NCBI GenBank assembly: GCA_964016885.1
Contig: OZ024742.1
Location: forward strand, 41,478,001-41,542,000
Direction of reading: 5' to 3'
DNA length: 64,000 bases
Source of the DNA: Eledone cirrhosa
Taxonomy: Eukaryota
Shown here: piece by piece, positions 44,670-58,761 of the stretch
How the letters are laid out: each line of letters begins with the position of its first letter
How positions within the stretch are numbered: the stretch's first letter is position 1
Position numbers and translations under genes: made by a program
Notes under the pieces: model-generated
What the model saw: the letters and a program-made list of their open reading frames with translations, nothing else
Databases searched by the model: none
What the model was told of the DNA's origin: nothing

Positions 44670-45879
44670 ATAATATAAGATCAAAAGATGGTTAAAGGAG
44701 TTCAATATATTTTATTATGCGCATTTCAAAAACAAACATCATCAAACAATAATATTTGTGTTTTCATCAGATAAAACAGGAGAACATGATATGAAGGCTA
44801 AAAAAAAAAAAAAAAAAAAAAAAAAACACTTGTTGATAGTGCAGTTTTAAATCAACATATGAAAAGTGGTTTTAGATTGATGTGTGATATTGGGAAAAAT
44901 ATTTTATTTAGAGAGGGGGGGAGAGAAAAGGATGAAAAGGGAAGGAGATGAGAGGGAGAGATGGGTGATAGAGAGAAAGAGATAGTTTTTATAACAGAGA
45001 GGAGATATATTTTATATAGAGGGGTTTTTATATATTTTATATAGAGGTCCTTTTGAATATTCACCCACAATTATTTTTTTTTTTTTTTTTTTTTCTCTCT
45101 ATCTCCATACATAATCTCCCTTCGTTATTTTTTTCTCTCTATCTCCATACATAATTTCCCTTCGTTAATTTTCAAATTCCTTTAATTTATACATTATCTT
45201 CCAACGGTTCCCAACCTCTCTATATTAAAACATTATATCTTTTTCTCAGTTATAAAAACTATCTCTTTCTCTCTATCACCCATCTCTCCCTTTCCACCTT
45301 CACTCTCATCTCCTCCCCTTTTTTTCATCCTTTCCACCCCCACCCCTCCCTAAATATAATATATTTTTTCCTCGCACATATCCTCCCTTCGTTAATTTTC
45401 AAAATGTTTAATTTATACAGTATCTTCCAACGGTTTTCAACCCCTCTATATAAAATATATCTCCTCTCTGTTATAAAAACTATCTCTTTCTCTCTATCAC
45501 CCATCTCTCCCTCTCATCTCCTTCCCTTTTCATCCTTTTCTCTCCCCCCCTCTCTAAATAAAATATTTTTCCCAATATCACACATCAATCTAAAACCACT
45601 TTTCATATGTTGATTTAAAACTGCACTATCAACAAGTGTTTTTTTTTTTTTTTTTTTTTTTTTTTTAGCCTTCATATCATGTTCTCCTGTTTTATCTGAT
45701 GAAAACACAAATATTATTGTTTGATGATGTTTGTTTTTGAAATGCGCATAATAAAATATATTGAACTCCTTTAACCATCTTTTGATCTTATATTATGCAT
45801 ACTCCAGTCCCACAAACTGTAGAGTGCTTCTTATCCGATATCTGCATTGCTTTATTGTACTACAATAAAACTCACCTCC

Positions 45880-45882
<3 letters not shown>
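44670..45882. repeat. Fold-back element: ~355-bp arms 44670-45026 / 45439-45796, right arm extends to 45882
   Basis: Reverse-complement arms including a poly(A)/poly(T) tract; (TA)n at both ends; the spacer holds duplicated fragments. Confidence 0.92.
45690..45756 (+). ncRNA. Hammerhead (antisense copy at 44710-44776)
   Basis: TTTTAT-CTGATGA-AAACACAAATATTATT...GATGATGTTTGTTTTT-GAAA-TGCGCA-TA-ATAAAA. Confidence 0.75.
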
Positions 45883-45941
<59 letters not shown>

Positions 45942-45946
<5 letters not shown>

Positions 45947-46290
45947 TAAAATAACAGATTAAAGTTTAAGCAAAGAATCGCTGCTTTCACCCTTAACGGG
46001 ATCTTCTGAAACTAACAAAGTCAATCTGTAAACGCAGACGTGAATATTTCAAAAAACGTTGCAACCGGAGGAAGACAGGAAGACGATACTTTGGTTCGTG
46101 GAAACGTTCCCTGGCAAAAAACGGGAAAAAACGAATATAATACGTCATTAATAGGAGCGGTGAAAAACAATTACGCGCAAAGACAGAACCACGTTTATGG
46201 TATAAAAGAGGTCGTAGACTAATGTTCTCTTAGGTGGTTCATAGAGACGTTCTCTGGCAATGAACGAAAAAAACGAAGATAATACGTCAT
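45942..46290 (-). mobile_element. Isolated 3' terminal piece of the PLE family at 18971-20805
   Basis: Reverse-complement homologue of 20455-20805, between (TA)n tracts. Confidence 0.8.
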
Positions 46291-46310
46291 ATATATATAT
46301 ATATATATAT

Positions 46311-47389
46311 ACCAGATAGAAAAGTGCGTACAGCAAATAAAAGTAATATTGTTGGAATATAAACCTTTAAAAATACAGGACAAGAAACTAAAATAAAACT
46401 TTAAAATAATAGGACAAGAAACTAAGATAAAACTTAAAAAGAATAGGACAAGAAACTAAGATAAAACTTTAAAGAATTGGACAAGAAATAAAAAATTTTA
46501 CAATAATATTAGTGGCAAAATTTTTATTTGTAAAAATCGAGTCCACATTCATAGGCTCTGGGTTCCACATTCAGAGGTCGTCGTCAGACCGGGGGATCAT
46601 TTGATCCTGGTTTGAACACCAATTGGGCCATAACCATACCCCTATTTCATCATTCGGCGACACGCCTCATGTGTCATGCATAATGTGAATGGACCCATGG
46701 GCCCTTGAGCAGCAGCGGACGGTCTTGTCGTCCCGCTCATCCTTGATCTTGACCAACACGTCCATCTTCTCCTTGCATCTTGTCCTTGAGTTCAAGTCCG
46801 GCAGTCTAGATGAATGCGTGCCACAGCTTTCTGGTACAGGAAGGAGGAGCAGGAGGACTGAAGGGATGACGGGACAGAGGGAGGGAGGACCGGTGGTTGA
46901 GAGAGGTGCCGTAGTCGGTGGTCAGAGTCGACATCTTGTCCCGGTCGTCTTCTCCATCTTCGTCTGGTGTTGCGGGACCAGAAGCGCATTCTTGGAGGAG
47001 ACCTGCAGCTGCATCGGCCAATTCTTCTTGCAATGGTCATTCTGACGGAGCAGAACTGCTCAGCCAACCAACCCCAACCAGAACCAACCGCTCAGGGGCA
47101 ACGCACAATGAGAGCATGACAATTATTATGCACTAATCAAGAAGATACTGGGGCATAGCACAGGAAACGAATAAAAAAATTTTGCCACTAATATTATTGT
47201 AAAATTTTTTATTTCTTGTCCAATTCTTTAAAGTTTTATCTTAGTTTCTTGTCCTATTTTTTTGAAGTTTTATCGTAGTTTCTTGTCCTATTCTTTTAAA
47301 GTTTTATTTTAGTTTCTTGTCCTCTATTTTTAAAGGTTTATATTCCAACAATATTACTTTTTTTTGCTGTACGCATTTTTCTATCTGGT
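46311..47389. mobile_element. Long-TIR element (foldback/MULE-like DNA transposon derivative)
   Basis: ~220-bp TIRs ACCAGATAG.../...CTATCTGGT with ~33-bp subrepeats (GGACAAGAAACTAAGATAAAAC); GC-rich ~640-bp core; no clear TSD. Confidence 0.7.
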
Positions 47390-47819
47390 CTACTATTTTT
47401 TAAGGCAATGCAAGCAACAACTATCTAATAATTAAATGATCATGGTGAATTACTGACAAGTGATTGACATTTTAAAGTTCTTTTGAGTATAATTGCAATC
47501 TAGTTGAGGCAACTGGTTTAATGACAAAGCTACGTCATATTTGGATTACCTCCCCTAGCGTCACGCTTACTACTCACTCACTTGAACACAAGATTTATCA
47601 GCAAACTTTGATTATAAACTTTTTCTCGCTGGACCAAATTTCTAGATTTTTAAGCCAAAAGATGCGTAATGATCTACTGTTCATGCTCATATAAGTTTTA
47701 TCTCAGTTAAATAAAGTAGAGCCGCGCTGTACTGTCGTAAACAGACGATTGCCAACGAAAACACGACCACAACAATATTACTAAACGGACTACTGTCCGT
47801 TTAGGATATATATATAGAG

Positions 47820-50800
47820 ATAGATATGTTTCTTTATTAGCCACAGGGGCACAAAAGAAGGGGACAAATACAAAGGGGGAAGTTTACATACAATAAAAAC
47901 GTGTAAAATGTTATCACAAATGCAATTTAAAAAATTAGTCGATTTTCCCCAATAGGGCGAAGACAGTTCATATGGGTAACACATACCCCCGAAAAAATGT
48001 CAAACCCTCATCTCCAGGAGTACGAAGAGTTTGTACTCCTTTCCTCTCCTCCTCCTTTTCCTCAACCTACAGGCTGATATAGAGAGAAGGCCCATTCACT
48101 CGGGTCATTCTCGCCACTTTCACCCACCTTTCATAAAACTTGCTGGGGTACAGCACCTCTCTCTCCATCCTGATTCTTCTTCCAAAGTGGTATTTGAAAA
48201 AAAGAATCAGTTGTTGGCCGGAGAGAAAGGTGTCTGACCTCAGCCCTTTCAACCTTGTCCACCATACAACCTCTTTCGTCATAGCTATCACACAAAGGAA
48301 AACCGCCTCTCCTTCGTTTTTGAGAAAGGGTGGCGGTTTGATCATGACAATGGACTCGGTACTCAACCGGATTGGTCCCACCCGCGACAATAGTCGTTCT
48401 ACATAGCCCCACAGGTCAGTGACGCCCGGGCAGTGTATTAATGCGTGCGCGACGGTTTCTTCGTCTCGCACGCACCTCGGACAGATCTTTTTTGCAGTGT
48501 CCCTGCCCGGGCGTCCATGTCTGTAGAGCTTGTCTCGAACTGGTAGAGCTCCTCGGTAGCACTGCCAGGCCAGGGACTTTTGGAAGTTGTCCATCGGTCC
48601 CGGGCGGAAGGTCCTACCGAACAGACTGGCCAGTTCATCTTCCTCTACGCCTAGAGATTCACCGAGCGCGTCGTCGCACTTGCTGCGGATCAACCCTCTA
48701 TAGAATGACGAAGTGGAGTCTCCACTGATCGCCGGGTCCGCCTGCCAGAGGGCTGTGAGCGCCTGAGCACATTCGATGTGCCAGTCGCCCATTTTCCTCG
48801 GTCTTTGCTTGACCCAGGACTGCAGCTCGGTCAGCGAGACGAGTCGTGGGAAGGCTCGCCTCACGAACGGGGCCCACACCGGTTGTCCGGTGAGGAATAC
48901 GTAGAGATGCCGCAGCCTGAGCGCGTGTTTGCGCATCGTCAATCACGGCATCCCCAGCCCTCCGTTAGAAGGGTGTTGGCAGCAGATGGATCTTCTCACC
49001 AAAGGAGCCCGCCTCTTCCAAAGGAATTGGAAGAGCGCGCGTTCCATTTTGGCGAGCGTTTTGGCTGGACAAGGCACGACGGTCCATCGGTAGTAGATGG
49101 CGGACGCTATAAAAGTGTTCGCCACCTCCGCTCGACCTTTCAAGGATAGTTTGCACTCGACCCACTTCTGGGTGAGTGGAAACACCTTGGCCGTCACTTC
49201 GTTCCAGTTCTTCTCCACCTGGAGGTCCGGACCAAACCAGACCCCGAGCAGCTTTACCGGTCCTTCCGTCCAGCGTCCGACGACGCCATCGGAAGGCATC
49301 GGTTTGCCTCTCCACGATCCGAGTTGCAAACAGATGGACTTGTCCCGGTTCAGCTTCGCTCCTGTGAGACTTTCGTATTCCTTCAGTAAGGTGCCGACTT
49401 CCTCGATTTGCGAGGTGGTCGACACCATTACTGTCACGTCGTCGGCGTAGGCCGACGCCGCTTTCCGCAGTCCCGGTTCCAGAGGGATACCCTGCAATAG
49501 CTCCAGCTTCCGCAGTAGTGGCTCGAGAATCAGTACGTACAGAAGGGAGGAGAGAGGGCATCCCTGTCGAATGGATCGCGTAATATGGAACGGCTCCGAG
49601 AGGTAGCCGTTCACCTTGACCCTTGAGCAGATGTTGCTGTTGTGCATTGCAGCGATCCAGCCCCTTAACACGGGTCCGAAGCCTGCCGCCTCGAGCACCG
49701 CATCCAGGTAACGATGGTCAACCCTATCGAAAGCCTTAGACTGATTCAAGTTGATCAGGGCGCCACCGAAGCCGGGTTTACACCCTACCCTCTCTATGAT
49801 GTATCGCATGAGGTGGAGGTTGTCGTGTATGGACCTGGTCGGGATTGCGCATGTCTGCGCTTCTCCCACCAGGTTCTCGACGACAAGCGCCAGCCTCTTT
49901 GCCAACACCTTGGCCAAAATCTGTAACTCTGTGTTTAGCAGAGTTATGGGCCGGAAGTTGCCTATGTCATCCCCCTTATTCTCGTCTTTCCTGATTAGTA
50001 CGACCACGCCCCCGGTTACAGAACTGGGAATTCTCCCGTTCTGTTGCCAGTTGCAGTAGACCGCTTCCAGGAGACCGGAGAATAAGTCCGGCATTGCTAC
50101 GTAAAATTCGTAGGGTAGACCGTCGAGACCTGGAGATTTGCGTTTGCCGCATTGGCTCAGCGCGTCCCCTATCTCAGTGGCTGAAATCGGCTTTTCGCAG
50201 AACTTTGCCTCGCTGTCCGAGAGTCGCGGTAGGCCGTCGAGGTATGGACCGAAATCCATAGCCTCTCCGGCGCGCCGCTCCCCCCGAACAGCCGAGCAAA
50301 GTGCCGCTGAAAAGCCGCACACATCTGCTTCGGCTCACGTATCACGCGTCCGTTTTGGTCCTTCAAAGACCGAATCGTGGACTTGTTGCCACTTTTTGCC
50401 TCCGTCACTCGGGCCCAGCTAACAGCTTTGGCTCCCTCGTTTCCCAGAGCACGTATTTTGCTTCTGACAACGCAGCCCTCGTGCTTTGCGTCGAAGAACT
50501 GGTCCAAGGCCGTTCTCGTTGCTAGCACGCTGGCTACGTTGCCACTTCTAATTGCCTCTTCTACTTTATCTACCAGTTCCTTCTCGGTTCTATTTCTATC
50601 TAACGCTAATTCTTTACTAAAAACTATCGAGTCTAATCTAACTGCCCTCTTGAGAGAGTACCACCATCTGTTGTTGACAATGGCCCCTGTCAAGTGCTGT
50701 TTAACTAAAGTGCTAATCCGTCTACTGTAGGCTTTGCTTGTCGGTAACGACAAGTTCAGCTTCCAGTAGCCGGGTCCTTGTCTATGGGTTCTATCAAGGT

Positions 50801-53147
50801 TGGCCATGCAGGTCACTAGTTTGTGATCTGAATAGGCAACCATGAACATTTGTGGACAGCTTAACATGTCCCTATCCTTATTTCTAACTAGAATCCTATC
50901 TAGGTACGATCTAGATGTTCCGCTACGATTACTCCACGTCCACGGTGGCGCAGTCCGAAAATCTAGTCGATATCTATCGGCCAGGTCAAATCGGTCGATT
51001 AACTGTTTGAGGCTGTTACACCCCCCTTTATCGGGACATGCTCCCACATAGTCCCAACGTGCATCTAGGATTCCATTCCAGTCCCCAACTAAAAGCAAGG
51101 AGCGGGACGTTCCCAGAAAAGTCTCTAGACGTTTGAAGAAGTCTGGTTGCGGTGTCCCGGATGGGGCATATGCGGCCACCAGCCTGAAGGCTCCACCTTC
51201 ACTACCGTCAACGTCTAGGACCACCAGTCGACCCTCCGGGTCCAGATGTACCGTCTGTGTTACGAGGCCCAGGTGTTTCCGCAGCAAAACGGCAACTCCG
51301 CCCCCACCCCCCGGTTGACAGAGAGGTGCGTAGATCTCAAAGTCATCGGAGATGGGGGCCAGCTGTCGCTCGCCGTGGATTCTGGACTCGCAAATGGCTA
51401 CCACATCCATACTGTGCGACCTGAGGTCGTTTAAGAGTTTGCCCTGTTTCCAGGGCATCCCCAGGCCGCGTACGTTCACACATCCAACTCTTATATTGGC
51501 CATGTTGGTTCCGAAAAGTTAAAAGGGATCAGGCCGCACGATTTTCATGGGAGTGTTAGAGGGGTTGTCTGGGTGGTGGTTTCCGGCGGGGTGGGGACGG
51601 AGATGTTTGGTGGGGAGGGGTGTCTGATGGGGTGGGTGTGTCTAGGGTGAGGGCGGGGAAACTTTTTAAAAGGACGCGGTTAATGGGTTTAACACAAGGA
51701 TTACCCACGTCCTTAGGAAAGTTTTCCTTTAAAGACTTATAGGTGTCCGTAGGGATCCTAATCATCTTTTTATTAGGTTTGTCTACACAGTTCGAAAAAG
51801 TTGGAGATGACCTCCATTAAAGTTTTGTTTTTACTGTTTATGTATGTGTAATGTTCTTGTGTTGCGGTGGTTTTTGTCTGTTGTTCTCGTGGGAGCTTTC
51901 GTTTTGTTGTAGGTGTTTGTGTTTGGAGTGATATCGTGGTTTTGTTTTCGGGACGGGGGGGGGGGGTTGTAATGTTTGTGTAGTTTGTGTTGGTGGTTGT
52001 ATGTTTGTAGTGATGTTTGTTGTTTTTGTTTTGGTTATGTTTGCGTGTTGTTGTTGTGGTGGTGGTGGTTGTGTTGTTGTTTTGGGTGTTGGCAGTAGTG
52101 CTTCTTTTTTTTTGTAGTTAACTGAGGACAGTAAGCCTTCAGGTGACCACTGCTTAAACAGTGGTAACATGAAGGCTGCCTACCCTCAACAGAAATGTTT
52201 ATGTGTGAAATTCCATCCACAGGCACACGTTGGGGGTATTTTAGCTATACGTTCTGGCTTCATTTGGACCAGAACTTCCATGTGTGTACCATTGAATGTG
52301 CCTCTGGAGGACTTTCCCACCGAAATGATGGTGTCTTCGTCGAAATCGATGAAGCCAGTTAAAATCCACCAGACGTTTACATTTGGTGCAATGTTCGAAA
52401 TTTTTATCTTTTGTGTTCTTTTTCCCATATATGTGGGGAAAAAGGTGTAAAGGGAGGACACAATCAGCGATACAGAATATTTTTGTGCTGTCAATTGGTC
52501 TTTCAACAACACCGAAATGCTTCCAAAAAGTTTTCCTTTTTGGATGAAGGTAATATCCTTCATGGAATTCTTCAGAACCACTTCAATGTCGTTTTGGGAT
52601 AATTGAACTGGTTTGTTCGACACATTTGAAACCGTCCTAAAAATTACTATTTTTAGAACAGTTTATCTGCGTAACTGTTGAGAAGTGATGCTGAAAGCAC
52701 CACTCTCACCAAAAATTACATACTATTTTGCATCGCTTAACATTTTCCTAGCATTGGAAATGTCAAGGTATTTGAACAGTTCCGTCTTTTGGACGGTTTT
52801 GAACAAAAGAAATCTTTTCCTTGTTCGTGGAGTTGTTCGTGTTGCTGTTGTTGTTGGTGGTGTTGTTGTTATCATTGTTGCTGTTGTCGTTATTGTTGTG
52901 ATTATTGTTGTTGTTGTTTTGTTGTTGTTCTGGTTGGTGTTGTTTATATTTTGCATGTTATTGGTGTTTGTGTTAGTGTTACAATCAACGTCCGACATCG
53001 TGTTTTCAAAACTGACGACATTTTCGATGTCTTTCAATGAGGTGGTGAGAGGAGGTGACTGCGAGCTTAACACTCTTACCGCTTCTCCACCACTTCTAGT
53101 ACTGAACGAAGCGTCCATGACTGAAATTTTTTCAAACGAAAATTTCT
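47820..53147 (-). mobile_element. Tx1/L1-clade LINE copy C, near full length (ORF1 ~53147-51520; ORF2 51503-48067)
   Basis: APE MANIRVGCVNVRGL, GDWN, YSDH; RT KSPGLDGLPYEFY, QGCPLS, AYADD; [18 protein letters not shown]; one frameshift near 50270 and an in-frame TGA at 48943-48945. Confidence 0.93.
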
Positions 53148-53365
53148 AGATAGATGCCCCTGATTCAGAAGTCTCAGACACGGGAACCTCTATAACATCA
53201 AGTAAGGATGAAGAGGAGGCCCAGAAACCCAAGAAAGAAAGATACATAAACAATACAAAAACATAAACATCCACAGAAAACACGCACACGGCCAACACCG
53301 ACATAAATATGACGTCACAAACGACAACAACACAATCACCTCCAACACAACTAGACACTTCAGCG

Positions 53366-53865
53366 ATAGATAGACAGACATGTTTCTTTATAGATATGTT
53401 TCTTTATTAGCCACAGGGGCACACAAGAAGGGGACAAATACAAATAAATAGATAGTTAGATAGATTTCTTTATTAGCCACAAGGGCGCAACAAGAAAGGG
53501 GACAATACAAAGACATGCCGGGGATTTTACATACAGTCGTGTAAAAAATATAAAAACAAACAATTTCAACAATCGAAATCCCCAATAGGGGGGGAGCGCC
53601 ACAAATGGGTTGTTTAATACCCCGTCGATAGAACAACCCTCAACTCGAGGAGCGTGTTGTGCAAGTGCCCCTTTCTTCCTTTTGCTCTCTTCCTCAACCT
53701 ACAGGCTTATAAACAGAAAAGGCCCAATCACTCGGGCCATTTTCGCTTCATTCACCCACCTTTCAGTAAATTTACTGGGGTGCAGTGCCTCTCTCTCCAC
53801 CCTGATTCTCCTTCTAAAGTGATACTTAAAGAAGGGAATCAATAGATAGTTAGATAGATAGATAG
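53366..53865 (-). mobile_element. Stack of three Tx1 3'-end fragments in (GATA)n
   Basis: Repeated TTTCTTTA(TTAGCCACA) ends; 19-bp duplication AATAGATAGTTAGATAGAT at 53447-53465 and 53841-53859. Confidence 0.8.
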
Positions 53866-54115
53866 ACATATACGTAATGTGCTATGTCAGAAAGAAATCA
53901 ACACCTACTCACGGAAGGTCTGTTTCTCATTGGTCGCACTAGGTCCGGTTCAATTCATTTTGTGTTAGTCTTAAAAGGCATCTTTAAAGTTACAATAGAC
54001 TATTATTAAATCTAGGTTAACTTTTATGTACTATTTTCTATTTATGATTTTTGTTTTATTATGATCGCCGAAACATATCCATAAGGACTTTTAATATAAC
54101 AATTTATGTGTGTAA

Positions 54116-54228
<113 letters not shown>

Positions 54229-54407
54229 TTCAAATCATAAGGGATACAAAACCGCCAGGGTGAAGAATATATTAACTAAAGATAATACAGTTCACAGAAC
54301 TCAAAAGGATAAATTAAGGTATATGAACCGAGTATGATAACTATCAATATATATACATACATATAGATATACATTCATTTACATATATCTATATATACAT
54401 ATATATA

Positions 54408-54800
54408 TCGTTATACTTTGGGAGGGTCATGTTGCCAATAACAATACCTGTTATAACAATATCTGTTTCAACACACCTTTTCAGATAAGAAATCTTGCTA
54501 AACAAATTCAGAAACGACATATATATATATCCATTGACTTTAATATAACAATACAATTTGTGTAAACTATATAAATACATTTTTGAATTTGTTTAGCAAG
54601 ATCTCTTATCTGAAAAGGTGTGTTGAAACAGATATTGTTATACTTTGGGAGGGTCATGGTGTAGGACAGAACAAAGGAGAGACACAAAATAAAAACCCAG
54701 TCACAGTCACTGAGGAAGTCACAGAATGTGTGACGAAAGAGTTTTGACAATATATAAACAACCATCCGGTTATCGAACCAACCAACCAACCAACCGGAAA
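54408..54800. mobile_element. Mosaic of Naiad pLTR fragments in alternating orientation; hammerhead at 54706-54748 (+); pLTR resumes at 55612
   Basis: Matches 40332-40640 piecewise; GTCA-CTGAGGA-AGTCACAGAATGTGTGAC-GAAA-GAGT-TT-TGAC. Confidence 0.8.
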
Positions 54801-55611
<811 letters not shown>

Positions 55612-55749
55612 TTTATAATAAATTGAAGTGAAATTCAACAGGCACGTGCATTTTTATTGGCAGCATATAAGTATATGGTACCCTTGAAATATATATAATA
55701 AAATAAATATGGTTTTATAAATATAGATTCCATTTATTGAATATCATTG

Positions 55750-55785
<36 letters not shown>

Positions 55786-56363
55786 GAAAAAAAAAAAGAT
55801 TTTTAATAGAAATTTTTAATTTTGATATAGATAGACTATTCTTATTTTTATTTATTTATTCTATCTTATTTTATTTTATTTTATTTTAAAAATCTTTTTT
55901 TTTAAAACTTTTTTATAATTATTTTAATTTAATTTAATTTTATTTTATTATTTACTATTTTATTAATACATTTTTACACTTCTCTTAATCAAAGTTTTAG
56001 TATTTTAACCCAATATAAAATAATATATCCAGTTTCTATATTTTAGACCTCTAATATTTGAATACCATCTATAATATTCGCACATACACCTCATCAATTT
56101 ATTTTTTAGCCGTTATTTACAGCTGTTTTTCTTTTGACAGCGTTCCGGATCAAAAGTCTTTCTCTCTCTCTCTCTTTCTCTTTCTCTCTCTTCCTTCTTT
56201 CTTTTTTTCCTTTCTTCCTCTCTTCTATTTCTTTTTCCTTTTTCCTTCTTCCTTCCTTTTCTTCATTTTTCCTATTTTTTTCTCTTACTCCTATATTTTT
56301 GTCATATGTAGACTGGACACTTTCTTGTTGACAAGTGTTTTTAGGCCTCATATCATGTTACCT

Positions 56364-56433
56364 TATTTTATCTGATGAGAACACAATTTTTGTCCCAGGA
56401 TGATGTTGTTTTCGAAATGCGTATCATAAAATA
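56364..56433 (+). ncRNA. Hammerhead, diverged member of the 45690 family (pLTR ~56320-56560)
   Basis: TATTTTAT-CTGATGA-GAACAC...GTTTTC-GAAA-TGCGTA-TC-ATAAAATA. Confidence 0.75.
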
Positions 56434-56556
56434 TATGGAACTTTTTTAACCATCTTTTAATTTCTTCTTTAATATATCCTCCAGTTCTACCGACTGTTGA
56501 GTGGTACTTATCTGATATATGCATAGTTTTATTGTTCTACAATATTACTCACCTTC

Positions 56557-56697
<141 letters not shown>

Positions 56698-56909
56698 AAT
56701 GGTAGCTATGATGCTTCCATAGACGGTATGCCAGTTAAGCACTCTATGTTCTTACAGAGCAGAGTGATATATATATATATATACATTTCCTTCGTTATAT
56801 ATATATATATATATATAACGAAGGAAATGTGGTAAGGAACCAGGTGGACCATAACGCACCAAAGTACTCAATACTTAGGGTAGTAGAGTGGGTAATAGGA
56901 ACGAGTAGG

Positions 56910-57005
56910 ACCCCGACGACTGAGCTCAAGCCGTTTCGACGGCTAATTCTGGACTAAATAAAGATTTTTATCCTGGTATTTGAATAGCCGAGCTTCTCAA
57001 GGGGT
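56910..57005 (-). ncRNA. Decayed hammerhead with long stems II and III
   Basis: ACCCC-TTGAGAA-gctCGGCTA...TAGCCGTC-GAAA-CGGCT tgagctc AGTCG-TC-GGGGT; two core substitutions. Confidence 0.5.
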
Positions 57006-57299
57006 AATTCCATATATGGTAAAAGTGATTGTCACAAGGATTGGTCAAAAGTTTGTTGTCGAGACATAATAATTCTATCATGGCAATTTGTGGAGGGAAG
57101 GGGTAGCTGAACCTGCCAGTAGAAGAAAGAGGGAGAGGGGCTGGAGGAAACCCAGTCGTGCGTTGATAGTGCCAACTACAGCTGGGCATGAGGTCAAAGA
57201 AGATACTAGGGGGGGGGGGGGGGGGTCGAAACAATAAGTAAAACGATATGGGGTAAATACCGAGAGTGTTAAAAAACAATTAAATGTAAAAAAAAAACC

Positions 57300-58050
57300 C
57301 CATTTCTGGTTACTATAACCTAAGGACAGCTATCAAGTCTCTCACTGGTACTGCTAGACTAAAGAATGGTTTACTAGGTGGGACGGAATTATAATGAGAC
57401 CCTTTTAAGAGGTATAAGTAAACAACCGAATATATCTTACGGTGACGGGTCAACAAGTGGGGGGCCAAAATACTAAAGAAACTACCACGAAATAATAATT
57501 CAGAGTCCCGAGACCAGTACGAAATAATGGTTTAAACAAAAATGGTCAACAATTTGATCCATTGAAAACAATTTATTCCTTCCACAACCCAGGACCTATC
57601 AATTATCAATGTTATGAAATATACTTAATGAAGCAACTGTTGATACCACAAAAATCAATAAAGATTCTTGGTATTTGGTTACAATGTCACGTGGTATTTG
57701 ATTACAATGTCATATCAATCACTCACTGAAAAAAAAACCAACCTCAACATGGCATGTAATTAAAGTTATTACAAAGAAATTCCATTGCCTAAAATATAAA
57801 CACTTGAAATTGTATAACACGGGAACCATCAACGCTCAAATTTTGTATGGGAGCTGAGTTTCTGGGGTCATAAGCACTAGCTATCTTCAAGCTATCGATA
57901 GATCTCCTACCCATATTGGCAAAACTATATTGGGGTGTCTAAGATCTACTCCCAAGATAGCTATTTTTCAAGAAGCAGAGTTAGCCTCTACTCACCTGTT
58001 GATAGAAGAGTCTAGAAAACGTAAACTGCTAAAAGTTCGGTTTAAATTCA
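57300..58050 (+). pseudogene. Degenerate LINE RT fragment (I/Jockey-group-like)
   Basis: By-eye translation: NGQQFDPLKT, KILGIWL, QILYGS*, ILGCLRSTPKIAIFQEAEL. Confidence 0.6.
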
Positions 58051-58349
58051 AAATAATACAGCCTGATACTTAGCTTCCTCCATGGGTAGAACAACTGCAA
58101 TCGTTGAAAGTAACGATTAAACACTTAAAAGGGGAAACAAAAAAATTCCATTACATCATCACAAAGTCAATCAGTTTTATTTGACAACACTTAAAACATG
58201 TCAGACACTGAGCAATGTTAAAAAAAAAGATTATGCTGGCTTTGAGCAAGACATATACCATTAAATGACATTATATATATATATATATATAAATGACATT
58301 ATATATATATATATATATATATATAAATGACATTATATATATATATATA

Positions 58350-58408
58350 GGGCGGTGCCCCAGCATGGCCTCAGCCGGATGGCTGAAACAGGTAAAAGAG
58401 TAAAAGAG

Positions 58409-58410
<2 letters not shown>
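58350..58410 (+). mobile_element. 3' tail of an octopus-type SINE or LINE
   Basis: GGCGGTGCCCCAGCATGGCC...GCTGAAACAGGTAAAAGAGTAAAAGAGTA; the tail repeat also appears inverted near 5380-5405. Confidence 0.55.
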
Positions 58411-58493
<83 letters not shown>

Positions 58494-58761
58494 TGTATGT
58501 ATGTATGTATGTATGTATGTATGTATGTATGTATGTATGTATGTATGTGTCAGGTCACCAGTTGGTGCTACTGGTAACATGTATCCCAGTACAACCTGTC
58601 CCATGGTCGGGTCGTTGGCGACTAAACTGGCAACCCCACCAAGGTTTCTTGGTGAGGAGGGTGACTTTGGACATCCTGCAGGACTAAAAACAAAACCTGT
58701 CAAAGGGCAAAGGAGCTCTTAAGAGTCAATGGCCATCCAAAATCACTGGGAGAGATGACCC

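Noticed and set aside
56783-56830. 15-bp inverted repeat around (TA)n
   Set aside because: Too short to assign independently; probably a miniature case of the inverted-terminus pattern.
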